Numbered from the whole stretch's first letter, positions 12,306-24,178 are shown. The stretch is 63,840 bases of DNA, filler included, from Octopus bimaculoides (GCF_001194135.2; 7 parts of 6 records of this genome joined end to end with filler, not necessarily neighbours in it); one strand, 5' to 3'. Notes: generated from the sequence alone by a model not told the origin. Numbers and translations: made by a program.

Positions 12306-14955
12306 AACTAGGCTCATCTCTGGTTGGACTATGTTAGCCTCAATTGAGTATGTTAATCACTGTGATAGATTGGTCAGTATTTGCACTGGACCATATGCCA
12401 TCAGTTTCGACTCCAATCTGAGAACGACTGGTGGGAAAATAGGCCGATCAAGGTGGTAGACAATAAAGACATCACTTTTCTTTGCGATTTTAGTATTCTA
12501 AATTATTGAGCTATTCAGGTCAGCAGGCCAGATATTGTAGTAAAAAATCAACAAAACATGGTTGCTTTAAATCAATCCTAGAAGACTGTAATGCCTCAGT
12601 GGAAATGGTTTAAAAAAATGAAGTAAATACAAGAACCTTGAAATAAAGGTGTCGACAACTTGAACTGTGATCATCGGAACTCTTAAATATGATCAAGTAT
12701 CAGGAAGCCCAGAAGCACCAGAATTATAAAATATCACAAATTTAGTCTCGTTCTCTGAAATATCATTACTACTGACAAATAACACCCATAATAAAACTTC
12801 GAACTTGCTCTTCGTGGCGTCGCTAGGTAAAACTTGGAAACATCTAGACGACCTTGTCTCAGAGAAATCTAAAATATTGTGCTGACAGGTACTGCCCACA
12901 TCCTCGGAAAAACCCTATCAATTTAAGTGTCTGTGTTTTATTATATGAAAATATTTCGCTTCCCCTCCCCCAAGCTGTCCGCATAAGCCGACACGAACCT
13001 TCCGTATTCTAGATCCGTTTACTTTGAACACTGAACATATGTCGCTGTACATTGCAGCGATCCAGCCTCTGAAATCGGGACCGAGACCGGCCTCCGAGAG
13101 GACAGCCTCCAAATATTGATATATTTGGTTGATCCAAATTGATCAGAGCTCCACCCAAGCCATGTTCCTTCCTAACCTCTCTATGGTGCAGCGCGTGAGG
13201 TGGAGGCTGTCGTGGATAAATCTGTTCGGGATAGCGCATGTCTGCGAGTCACCGGCCAGCTTATCGACGACAAGCGCCAACCTGTTGGTTAACACTTTGA
13301 CCAAAATCTTATAATCTGCATTCAGTAGAGTTATGGGCCTAAAATTATCCAATTGCTCCCACTTATCCGGGTAATTTCTCAGCAGCCCACTACGCCACGG
13401 CTCACAGTACTGGGAATTTTCCCGTTCTGCTGCTAATTATGATAGACATCCTCCAAAAGATAACCGAGCAAGTCTGGCATATGAAGATAAAGCTCGAAGG
13501 GTAGGCTATCCATCCCCAGAGACTCATCATCGCGTCCCGTATGTCTTCTGCTGCTTTTGGCATTTCGCAGAACTCCGCATCCCTGGATGAAAGGTGCAGC
13601 ATGCCGTCGAGGTAGGAGGGGAAATTCACCTCTATCCCCGTCTCACCACGCACCCAAACAGTGCCGCTGAAATTCTGTACACATTTGTTTGAATTTGTGT
13701 AGCCTACGCCCGTCCCGACGCGTCAAAGAACGAATTCTGGCTTTGTTACTACGTTGCACCTCTGCCACCCGGGCCCTTCGAACGGATTTCGTTCCTTCAT
13801 GTCTTAGAGCACGCGCCCTAGCTCTGACAACGGAACCTTCGTGCTTGGTAATGAGGAATTGATCAAGAGCCTATCTCGCCGCCATCACGTCCGTCGCAAT
13901 GTCACTCCTAAGCGCCTCCTCTAGCTTCCTAACTAGCTCTCTATCTCTCTCTATCTATCTATCTATCCTAGATTCCTCTAAGGCTATTTCCTTACTAAAT
14001 CCTACTCTCTTTACTCTAATAGTTCTTTTCAGGGCTATCCACTAACAGCTGTTGACGATAACACCCTCCAACCTCTGATGGACTTTGCTAACCCGGTTTC
14101 TGAATGCTTGACGCACTTGGAAAGACGCGTTCAGCTACCGGTACCCGGGGCTCTACCTATAGATCTTATCTAGGTCGACCGTGCAGATCACAAACTTGTA
14201 GTCTGTGTACCCGACGACTTTGAACTGTGGGCAACTTATGCTACTTCTGTCTGCTGGCCTACAGAATATCGTACCTGCGATCTGGAAGATCCGGTGCTGT
14301 TTGCCCAAGTCCACACTGGCGCATTCGGGAAATCCAGTCGGTACCTGTCAGCCAGTTGGAAATGACTCAGTAGGTTTGTGAGGTTTTTGCACCCTGCTCT
14401 CCTATCGGCTAGCCCTACCGTATCCAGGCGTGCATCCAAAATGGCGTTCCACTCGCCCACTAGAACTAAAAAGCGAGATGTCCCAAGGAAAACCTCCTCT
14501 GAAGAAATCTGGCTGCCCCACTCCAGTTGGGGTGTACACAGCGACTAGTTTGAATGCACCACCTTCGCTGTTACTCATATCCAGGACCATCAACTTATCG
14601 TTTGGGTCCAGGAAATCGTCCGTACCTCGAGATCCAAGCCTTTCCTAAATAGCACTGCCACCCCATCTCCCATTCCAGGCCGAATAAGAGATGCGTAGAT
14701 CTCAAAACTGTAGAAGATGGGGGCCATCGTGTGTGTCGGAAATCCTGGCTTCGCTGACGGCTGTCACATCCATAAATAGTGACCTGAGATCGTTGAGCAG
14801 GCGCCCCTGCTTCCAGGGCGTCCCCAGGTCACGAACATTTACACAGCCCACCCTAATTAATCCCCTGCCGGTCAGAAAAAGATGTGAGAAAGAAAATGAG
14901 TGCACATTATTTACATTATTTACATTATTTACATTTGACGGATATTTGTCCTCAT

Positions 14956-15026
14956 GGGCATATGGCGTAGTGATTAAGAGCGCAGGCTACTAACCCCAAG
15001 ATTCCGATTTCGATTCCAGGCAGTGA

Positions 15027-15061
<35 letters not shown>

Positions 15062-15153
15062 TCGAAAAATACCTTAAGAATGAGAACCCAGGTTCGAAAT
15101 TTCCTGAAGACACCTGATGAAGGCTGGAGAGTATATCATCCGAAACGTTGTGT
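14956..15153 (+). mobile_element. tRNA-headed SINE-like element with internal (AAT)n and PLE-type 3' end
   Basis: A box TGGCGTAGTGA 14963-14973, B-box-like ATTTCGATTCC 15007-15017, (AAT)n 15031-15059, second B-box-like GGTTCGAAAT 15091-15100, then a hammerhead motif. It sits antisense between ORF1 and ORF2 of the LINE. Confidence 0.7.
15110..15153 (+). ncRNA. minimal type I hammerhead ribozyme motif
   Basis: Stem I ACAC/GTGT, core CTGATGA (15114-15120), extra A, stem II GGCTGG/TCATCC (one mismatch), GAAA, palindromic minimal stem III AC/GT, predicted cleavage after T15149. Confidence 0.7.
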
Positions 15154-15563
15154 AAACGTTTCGACTGATATACTTTTGTAAGCTTTTGTTGTGTAAACGG
15201 TTGTTGAACTGGAACTGTAGTTGTCTGTGTGATAGTATTTTTTGTGTTGTCCGATGCTTGTGTTGGTGTGAATGCGGATGTTTTTCTCTTGCGTTTTCTC
15301 TTTGATTGTTTTGGCTTTTTCTATTCCTCTTCATACTCACTTCAGGATGTGTAGGAATCGGAATCTGGGTAATCCGTCCCCAATACGGGTGGGTGTGTGC
15401 TTGTGTGTGTGTGGGTGTCTATGTTTGAGCGTGTGTTTGAGAGAGCAAGAGATGGAGAGCTGGGTTGGGGAAAACTCTGAGTGGTCCTCTTTGCTGAAGT
15501 ACTTGTCCATGTTGATGGTAACGGTGGTGGTGGATCTCTTGGGGCTGCTGTTATAGCTACTAA

Positions 15564-15616
<53 letters not shown>

Positions 15617-17733
15617 ATGTTGTTGTTTCTGACACTGGTCCTTTTTCTGTTGCTGTCTGTCCTTCCGCCTCAGATGGAGCTGTCGCAATGGCTCTGCCTT
15701 GAGATGCTAATGTGCATCAATCTTTTTTTTTTTATTTTCTTATAGATGTTGTTGTTGTTGTTCTGGCAATGGCTGTGACATCGGCGATGGGGCCCTCCTC
15801 TCTCCTCTTTTTGTTTTTGTTTTGTGGGCAGAACGCCCGTAAAGGATTTTTCATACTGCAGACATGGCATCTCGGACGGCTTGACATGGAATAGCACTTC
15901 CACTATGATTCCTGTCCAATTTTCCCTCCTTGATCTCTTCACCTCCAGGAAATTATCATTTTCATTTTCATTGATACCACGGACGCAAGTACCCACCACA
16001 GATCTAGGGCTGGTAGCACCCTCTGTATGGTAATCTTAACCGCCCTTTTTCCCATATACGTCGGGAAGAGCACGAATTCCTGGCTGCAGCAGGCTGCCAC
16101 CGAGTGTTGTATAGCCAGGGCCTCAGTTTTAAATAAAACTTCCACCCTGCCGAACTGTTTTGCCCTCGATATATGACCGATGTCCTGCTATGTATTCTGA
16201 ATGGCTCTTTCTATTTCAGCGTTCGTTGCCGTTTCTAACCGTTTTGATTTACGTTACTATTTTATTTGCTGTGTTCGCAAAAATTTCTGGTGGAGGTTTT
16301 AGTTCTACTCTCCTTTCGTCTATTAGTCGAAACTTAGCCGCGTTCGCTAATTTGGAGGCTTTATCCTCTAGACAGAATGCACATAGTCCTTTTGAGGCGG
16401 TGGCGGCGCTGGCGAAAGAAGTCTTATTAATGGTGGTGGTGGTGGTGGTGGTAGTTTTGGTAGAGATGTAGCCTCCTCCGCTGTTGCTACTACCGCTACT
16501 TCCCACCACTCCGTTTCCATTACTCTCATTGCTTTTGTCGCTACCGCTTAAATTGTTGTCAACGCTAACGTTACTGCTACTACTGTCTTTGCTTGTGCTG
16601 CTATTCTTCGCGCCGCCGTCATTATTTATGCTGTTGTCACAGCCACGGCTGCTGTCGCTTCCACTACTACCACTGTTGCTGCTGCCGCTATTGTAGTTCC
16701 AATTATTCTTACTATTCTTTTGTCCATGTTCATCTTTTTTGCCTCCTGAAATATTGAGTGTTCAATATAAAGGATCAAATATATAAAGGTGAATACGTAT
16801 TTTCTATACCTTGTGGTATTTCATCATGGCCGGTATGACAGACTTTAACAGACTGTAATAGGTTGGTTGGTTTTCTGTCTTTTATACCAATTCCTTTGGA
16901 CAGCAGCAGTATGTGTTTGGCTATTTTTAGAATTGATGTCAAATCTATTTTTAGAAATGATGATATTTGAGAAATTGTTTTGTGTTTGGGTTGTAGGGAT
17001 AAGATTTTTAAACCCCAGTAGGTGTTTGGCTGTTCTTAGAAATGATGCCAAATTTATTTTTAGAAATAATGACATTTGAGAAATTGTTTTGTGTTTTGGT
17101 TGTANNNNNNNNNNNNNNNNNNNNNNNNNNNNNNNNNNNNNNNNNNNNNNNNNNNNNNNNNNNNNNNNNNNNNNNNNNNNNNNNNNNNNNNNNNNNNNNN
17201 NNNNNNNNNNNNNNNNNNNNNNNNNNNNNNNNNNNNNNNNNNNNNNNNNNNNNNNNNNNNNNNNNNNNNNNNNNNNNNNNNNNNNNNNNNNNNNNNNNNN
17301 NNNNNNNNNNNNNNNNNNNNNNNNNNNNNNNNNNNNNNNNNNNNNNNNNNNNNNNNNNNNNNNNNNNNNNNNNNNNNNNNNNNNNNNNNNNNNNNNNNNN
17401 NNNNNNNNNNNNNNNNNNNNNNNNNNNNNNNNNNNNNNNNNNNNNNNNNNNNNNNNNNNNNNNNNNNNNNNNNNNNNNNNNNNNNNNNNNNNNNNNNNNN
17501 NNNNNNNNNNNNNNNNNNNNNNNNNNNNNNNNNNNNNNNNNNNNNNNNNNNNNNNNNNNNNNNNNNNNNNNNNNNNNNNNNNNNNNNNNNNNNNNNNNNN
17601 NNNNNNNNNNNNNNNNNNNNNNNNNNNNNNNNNNNNNNNNNNNNNNNNNNNNNNNNNNNNNNNNNNNNNNNNNNNNNNNNNNNNNNNNNNNNNNNNNNNN
17701 NNNNNNNNNNNNNNNNNNNNNNNNNNNNNNNNN

Positions 17734-17773
<40 letters not shown>

Positions 17774-18066
17774 TGTTTTCAAGCACGTATGTATATGTTT
17801 ATATATGTATGCGTAAATACACACGTACGCACACACATGCGCATGCACACACACACACACACACACACACACTGCCCGCGCACGCGTGCAATTGATTCTG
17901 TGAAATTGATGTGTGATTCGCTCACTTCCAGCACTGAGGTCAATTTGTCCTCTGGGAGTGGGTGTGCGCAGCATTGGGTGATGGCATCAAGATTGTGCTG
18001 AATACAACATTGATATATATATATATATATATAAACATTGATATATAAACATTGATATATAAACAT

Positions 18067-18101
<35 letters not shown>

Positions 18102-18677
18102 NNNNNNNNNNNNNNNNNNNNNNNNNNNNNNNNNNNNNNNNNNNNTTAATTAATTAANNNNNNNNNNNNNNNNNNNNNNNNNNNNNNNNNNNNNNNNNNN
18201 NTACTCGTTAAGGACTGTTTTGAAAATTAAGTTCTGTTTTATTAGTGTTTTTATTTTCGTCTAGAATTATAAATTTGACAGTCTTTCGGCACATCCTTAC
18301 TGTAATCACTGACCTCGATATATTTAGATCGATATATGTCACTTGGGGCTATATATATGCCTAGTTCATGCTATATATAACGCCTAGTTCATATATGTCA
18401 CTTGGGGCTATCTGTTTCTATTGTCAGGAAAAGTGGGTACTCATATATTAATAAAAAGGGTGGGAACATTTAGAGGTCGGAAAAATGTTTAGTGACGTTT
18501 CTTCCGGCGCTTTAGGTTTCGAGTTCAAATTCTACTGAGGTCTTCGCCTTTGGGAGGCGATAAAGCATTATTACTGACCGTGTGCCAAAATTAGAAAGAG
18601 TTATTTATCAATATCAATGAAATACATATAGTTAACAAAAATATATTTCATTAGTGGCATACCTACACAAGTGTGCC

Positions 18678-19321
18678 CCCACCGACTTTATTTCCTCATG
18701 ACTTCCAGAAAATTGGATATTTTTAATGAAATTTTCAACAAATAAGCTTTATATGGTGTTGATTCTGATTAAATCAGAATTTGTTGTGAAAAAAAAAAGA
18801 CAAACAGAAACAGAACAATTCCCGGAGGGGGAGAGAGGAGTTTCGGTAAATTCACACGAGTCGGTTTTGTTTCCTCAACTTTAAGAAAAACAGTACCATT
18901 ATATCGGGATATGATGTGAAAAGAAAAACGGTGAGCACGCACACACACATACACAATTTTTTTTTCGGAATTTTAAGTTTCACTCTATAAATGTATGTGA
19001 TGTGTGTCAGTATGTATGTGTGAAAACCCACTATTTTTTTCTTTCTTTCTTTTTTTTTTTTCATATTAAAATCCGATATAAACGTAATCTACACATTCTG
19101 AAAGATATTTGTTGAGAATTTCATCAAAAATAATGTAGTTTTCTGAAAGTTATGTGGAAAGAAACTTTTTTTGAAACTTTTCTCCCCACCCGCGGAATTT
19201 TTCTTTTTTTACAAAAAGCTTCGATGTAACCGGAATCTACATCATCAGGAACGTATTTGTAGAAAATTTCATTAAAAAGTATTCATTTTCCTGGAAGTTA
19301 TGAGGAAACAAAGTCAGTGGG
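18678..19321. mobile_element. foldback/MITE-like element with about 90-bp imperfect terminal inverted repeats and an internal third copy
   Basis: 18678-18765 is the imperfect reverse complement of 19233-19321; 19083-19152 is a direct degenerate copy of the right arm. Confidence 0.6.
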
Positions 19322-19729
19322 AAAAGGTACTTTGTAGGTATGCCTCTTTAGTTCGTTAAAGGCGATTTTATGAGGTTCCCGTCTTTTCCAACTGAATTAT
19401 GTACGAAAAAGAAAATGTTTTGTTTTGTTTTTTTCTTTTCTTTTCATCAGTAATCGAAATTTGATTTCGGAATCCAAATGCATAAACAGTTGTAATTTTC
19501 TATAGCACTTAACCAATACTACTAGCATACTACTTTCTTCTATGCAGAGCTGGATATGAAGAAACTATATAGTACAAGCTGATGAAAACAAGATCCCGCA
19601 AGAACTGTTGTGTTTAGAAACTTACATAAATCGGCTTTCTTTCGTTTTAACCGGCTAAAAGATCTGTGACGCAGTGTTGTTTGTCATCTAGCCTATTTCA
19701 ATATTACACTGTAACGTTTTTATCAGCAG

Positions 19730-19910
19730 CTGTTATTGTTGGCTCCCGGGTCAACATTGATCAAACACACTCTAGCTGTGATATTGATATTTTTTATAGG
19801 ACAATATTAGCCAACGTTTCCTTTCTTTAAAAGTGATGAGAATGTGATGTGAGCGACATTTGACTGCTGTTTCTAATGTCTATGTAGAGACTCTGTTGTT
19901 TCCACAGATC
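19730..19910 (-). mobile_element. SINE-like repeat fragment (family F)
   Basis: Similar to 47040-47220 on the + strand (TAGAAACAGCAG.CAA... ending in AACAACA). Confidence 0.5.
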
Positions 19911-20669
19911 ATCTCAAACAGATCTGTAACCATCCTGTCCTTTCTGCTTCCCTTATTCTCTTTCTTTCTTTTTTTCCATGGTGTAAGCAGAGAGCCTCAC
20001 CATAATCTGGTTGATAATTTTGATTTTTTTTAAATACTTTTATTTTTGGATGAGATATTGTATTTTCTTTTATGTAAACTATCAAATTTAGCCTTAACAC
20101 CCAGTAGGTCTGAATACTTAAACTCATCTTTTCTTTTTGTTTTTCTGAGGAAAATAAATCAGTTGTACCAATCTATCTCTTCTTTTTAGAGTTGGTGTAC
20201 TAATATTTGGATTTATGGAACAACAATGTTGTTTGAAGATTGATTTTAAAAAATGATTTTGTAAATAACTTGATACTCTAAAAAAAGCTAATTGAATGCC
20301 AAATGTATTGGCATTCAAAAGTTTCACTTGTAAGCAGGTAAAAGAAAAGAACCCCCAAGAAACTGTAAAAATCCATGGAAAAATATAAAAGATTGAATTA
20401 ACCTCTAAGGCTCAGTTGTTAGTGTACACAAATTCTATTGTTGTAATATCCAGCAGTCATGATTAGAATAAGTTTTGCTGATGAGGCATTATTAGACTGA
20501 CTGAAAATTTAACTGAGTTGTCACAGTAACCCTGAAGATCACACTCACCTGCACTGCATTCCATATTTAATTAACTGTAACTAATTAAAATTTTTCAAGG
20601 TGTCATCACTGCCATTTTTTTTTTTCACCCCAAGTAACTATTTATAAAATTAAAATGATTACAAAGCCC

Positions 20670-21090
20670 TGGTGTCCAATGAGTTTAAGGACTGCATCTC
20701 CTATATGTTGGGCCCTAGCACCTGCAAAAGGAAGTGCCAGTGGAACATCATTTGGTTTGCCCCACCTTTTTCACTCAATGTTAAAACTTGTGAGGGAAGA
20801 ATATTCCTTAGGTTAGCAGACAAGCACTGTATGCAGACACACAGGTACAGACGCTTGTTCAATAGGCACAACCTAAGGGTCCCCTTAAGTTGCACCCCCA
20901 ACATAAAAAGAATACTGGCAAATAGCCATGGAAAGTGAGCAGAGGCTGGTTGTTCATAGTGAGTACACTGACTGCCCAGTGATGAAAAACTATTGGTCAC
21001 TCTATGACTAGACATATATTTAACTTCATGTAAATACTTTACTGCTCTAACTTTAGAGTGTGCTTCTTTTTTGGATATATGATACACTGA
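20670..21090 (+). mobile_element. Penelope-like element remnant (RT-to-GIY-YIG linker)
   Basis: KRKCQWNIIWFAPPFSLNVKTCEGRIFLRLADKH..THRYRRLFNRHNLRVPLSCTPNIKRI matches the PLE motif (RKRNIIWFNPP....F..HK...IFNR.....SYSC..N). Confidence 0.8.
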
Positions 21091-21097
21091 CAATATA

Positions 21098-22404
21098 CAG
21101 GGTCATCAAAAAAGGTTTCTGTGATTTCAAAATGAAATAACTAAATCTGTATTAAAGGTATACTATTTATTTAAACACCAAAACACAGAAAATCTTAAAT
21201 TTTTCTTACATTACTTAGCAGGTTTCGATATGAGCTCGCTTTGTTGCACAGCAAACATCTAAGCAATAGTCGACCTCCCTCTAGGTGCACTGAATCATAT
21301 CAGGATTCAAAGTTGCTATCGCCACATGGATTGTCTCTCTTAGATGTTGCAGATCCCAGATTTTTTCTGCATTGACAATGTTCTTAAGATAACCCCAAAA
21401 GAAAAAGTCCATAGGAATTAGATCAGGGCTTCTAGGTGGCCCCAAAACAGGACCATTCCTTCCAATCCAATGGCCAGGGAATCTGTTGTTGAGAGCTCAA
21501 ATTGTCACACATTATGGCTGTAGTGAGCCTGCACTCCATCTTGCTGGAAAATTACACTTATTCCCTTTTCTCTTTCAATGCTTGCAATTTGACAGAACAC
21601 ATAAATTTCTAGCATGTCCAAGTAACTAGTGCCCATAATCATGTTTTCTGCAAACATGAAAGGGCCAACAACATGGTCGTGCAAGAGTCCACACCACACA
21701 TTAACCCTGGGCGAATCACAGAAAATTTTATTGGGTTGCTGAGCTCCCCATATCCGACTGTTATGTCAGTAAACACAATCATTTATGTGGAATGTTGCTT
21801 CATCACTAAATAGAATTCTGTTAAGATAACTATCAGTGTCATGAATTTCTCTCAGCATTGTTACAGCAAATTCATTGCATTTAGGCGTATCTGTCTCCTT
21901 AATTTTATGTCTCATTTGAATTTTGTAAGCTTGCAGTCTTAGGCGTTTATGCAGCACATTTTGAATTGTTGTTTTAGGCAAACAAAGTTCCAAACTATGT
22001 CAAGCAGTGGACTTCTTAGGACTACACAAACATGATAGTCTCAGACACTCCACATTCTCTTCCGATGTGTGTGACCAGCCTGGAGATTTCTTAATGTTTA
22101 CATTTCCAGTTTCTTTAAACTGGTTAAACCAACGAACAATGGTTTTGTTTGTAGGTGGATCTTGTCTATAAGTAGACCGAAAATTACATTGCACTAAAAC
22201 AACTTACTTAAACTCAGTGTGCCATGACATACACTGTACTTTCTGCTGTACAGCCGCCATGATTGCTGTCGAGTAACTGGCCAGTGGCAAATATTAAAAT
22301 TCCTGTAGTTGTTATACAGTCTCACATTGATTTCATACAGATCGCTTGCTTATAGCTAGTGCAAATGACAACTAAAATCACGGTAACCATTTTTGATGAC
22401 CCTG
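21098..22404 (-). mobile_element. full-length but decayed Tc1/mariner-superfamily transposon, probably DD41D (rosa-like)
   Basis: TIRs CAGGGTCATCAAAAA at both ends, TA on the left. Transposase pieces: TIVRWFNQFKETG, RILFSDEATFH, VWCGL..VVGPFMF, FQQDG..AHY, WIGRNGP..(W)PPRSPDLIPMDF. Stops and frameshifts present. Confidence 0.9.
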
Positions 22405-23100
22405 TGTGTGTGTGTATGCATGTGTGTAGGTATTTATATATGTATACATACACATAAATACATGTATTTATATGTGTACACATTTATATATGTACACATA
22501 CATATTTATATATGTACACATATATATGCACATATACATATATTCAATAAATTATTGAATACTTAAATTTTCATCATGTAATTTTGCAATGAAACCTATT
22601 GAATGTTATTTGATTTTGAAGCATGTTTTATTGTTACAGAACTTTCTCCTGCATCTTCTTCCTTTAAACCTTTTATTTTGTCCTTTTTTTTAAAAAACTA
22701 GTATAGTATTTTAATAAATTTCAAGATTTAAAAAAAAAGGTGTAATCTGTTTTAACAACTGGATGCATTTTCACCCTCCAAATCAATTCTCAGATATATT
22801 TGTGTGTATGCATTTGTTTGTGTTGTTTGCTCGTGTATCAACACTTTTTTTTAGTCAGTAGTTGTGTTTGTCCGTTCCACAACTCAACAACAGTTCCAAT
22901 ATGCAAAGACCAGTGGAAATGAAGTGTCTTACTTGAAAACAACAAGGGTTGGTGTCAGTAAGAGTACCCAACCATTGAATACTGCCACAATACAACACAT
23001 CCAACTAGTGCCAGCATGGAAAAAGTAAACCTAAAAACTATAATGATGATGAATGTATTTATTTACTTACTTTTGTTTTTGATTATTCTTTCTCTTGCAG

Positions 23101-23295
23101 GTAAAATGGTACAATGATCTTGTTGGACCAAATTATAAACTTAAATACCATGATGATACTTTCGCATTAATTACTATCAGTACTCCTCAAATGTTTGAAA
23201 AAGGATTCAAACCATTCATTTATCATCACTATAAAAAAGGTGATATAGATCCTATTGATCTTTGTGTTAAGCATTATACGGAGAAAGTACAAAAG
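23101..23295 (+). CDS. MMACHC: MMACHC/CblC (cyanocobalamin reductase / alkylcobalamin dealkylase), exon equivalent to human exon 2
   Basis: ttgcag|...|gtaag, 195 nt, phase 0: VKWYNDLVGPNYKLKYHDDTFALITISTPQMFEKGFKPF...DPIDLCV aligns to human VAWYN...STPAMFDRALKPF...DPVDQCV (human sequence from memory). Confidence 0.93.
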
Positions 23296-23409
23296 GTAAG
23301 TTTCATGTTGTAACACTCATTGTAGTGGTGAGCAATTCTTGCATAAAATTTGTCAGAAAATTGGGTCATGCAGTTTAATATGATGGGTTGAAGTTATACT
23401 AATGGCTGA

Positions 23410-23660
23410 AAAGGGGTTCCTCCATAGGATCCCTATAGTAACATTACTCGACAGAGTGGGAAGCTTGGAGATTATGGAGTCTCTTCTGGCCAAGCCACTA
23501 TTTCTCTGCATCGAGTACTATGGACATGTGATTAGAGTTTTGCAGGAAAGAATCACTAGACAGAGTCTTCAAGCTGAGCCAACCAGGAGGAGATCTAGGG
23601 GTTGACTAAGAACAAGATGGTTGGACAATATTCAGAGTCTAAGTTGGTCACACTTGGGAA
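23410..23660 (+). mobile_element. RTE-clade LINE 3' fragment (intronic)
   Basis: YYGHVIR..QERITRQSLQAEPTRRRSRG..RTRWLDNI resembles the RTE ORF2 C-terminus. Confidence 0.6.
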
Positions 23661-23944
23661 TCCAACAGGAAAGGGCAATGACAATTGGTTCTAATAGGAC
23701 CCTATTAAGGAGATAATTGAAAACTCTACCCTAATGACCCTTTTAGGAATAGTTGGTGGAAAAGATAAATGGATGGGTTTTAGCACAGCACAGTGTTGTG
23801 GTGAAGGAGAGAAAGAAATATTGTAAATCAAAAGAATAGTGTTAATATAGAATGTTATGGTTCAATGGAGTGGTAAGTGGTGTATAAGATAATGTAATAC
23901 ATAATGTAACGATGGGGTAAGTATTATGAAACAATGTCAGTATT

Positions 23945-24178
23945 ATAAGGTGGCGAGCCAGCAGAAACGTTAGCATGCTGGGCGAAATGCTTAGCGGTAT
24001 TTCGTCTGCCGTTACGTTCTGAGTTCAAATTCCGCCAAGGTTGACTTTGCCTTTCATCCTTTCAGGGTCGATAAATTAAGTACCAGTTACGCACTGGATT
24101 CGATGTAATCAACTTAATCCCTTTGTCTGTCCTTGTTTGTCCCCTCTATGTTTAGCCCCTTGTGGGCAATAAAGAAAT
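23945..24178 (+). mobile_element. full-length SINE A (variant A1) with 15-bp TSD
   Basis: B-box-like GAGTTCAAATTCC; TSD AACAATGTCAGTATT at 23930-23944 and 24179-24193. Confidence 0.92.

Larger units (their letters stand above)
13005..16760 (-). mobile_element. Tx1/L1-clade LINE remnant: ORF1 (about 16760-15342) and fragmented ORF2 (APE about 14905-14230; RT to about 13005), 3' end missing
   Basis: APE: IRVGCVNVRDL..VTAVSEARI, FKLVAVYTP, GEWNAILD, DRYRLDFP..WTWAN. RT: NFRPITLLNADYKILVKVLTNRL..GDSQTCAIPNRFIHD, LINLDQ, GLGPDFRGWIAAMY..VFKVNG. ORF1: S/G/N-rich N-terminus, TSFASAA, knuckle RPRCHVCSMKNPLRAFCP at about 15826-15879. Confidence 0.85.

Noticed and set aside
19907-19950. Frame DHLKQICNHPVL resembling a SNF2 helicase motif
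   Set aside because: It lies at the edge of a SINE-like repeat, has a poor donor and no other SNF2 exons; chance.
20215-20337. Candidate MMACHC exon 1 (DTLKKA.., ends at CAG|gtaaaa)
   Set aside because: Three in-frame stops and no GFE..PF motif.
19575-20510. CTGATGA...GAAA matches at about 19579 and 20478, and CTGATGA on the - strand at about 19243
   Set aside because: No stem I partner and no properly placed NUH, so not hammerheads.
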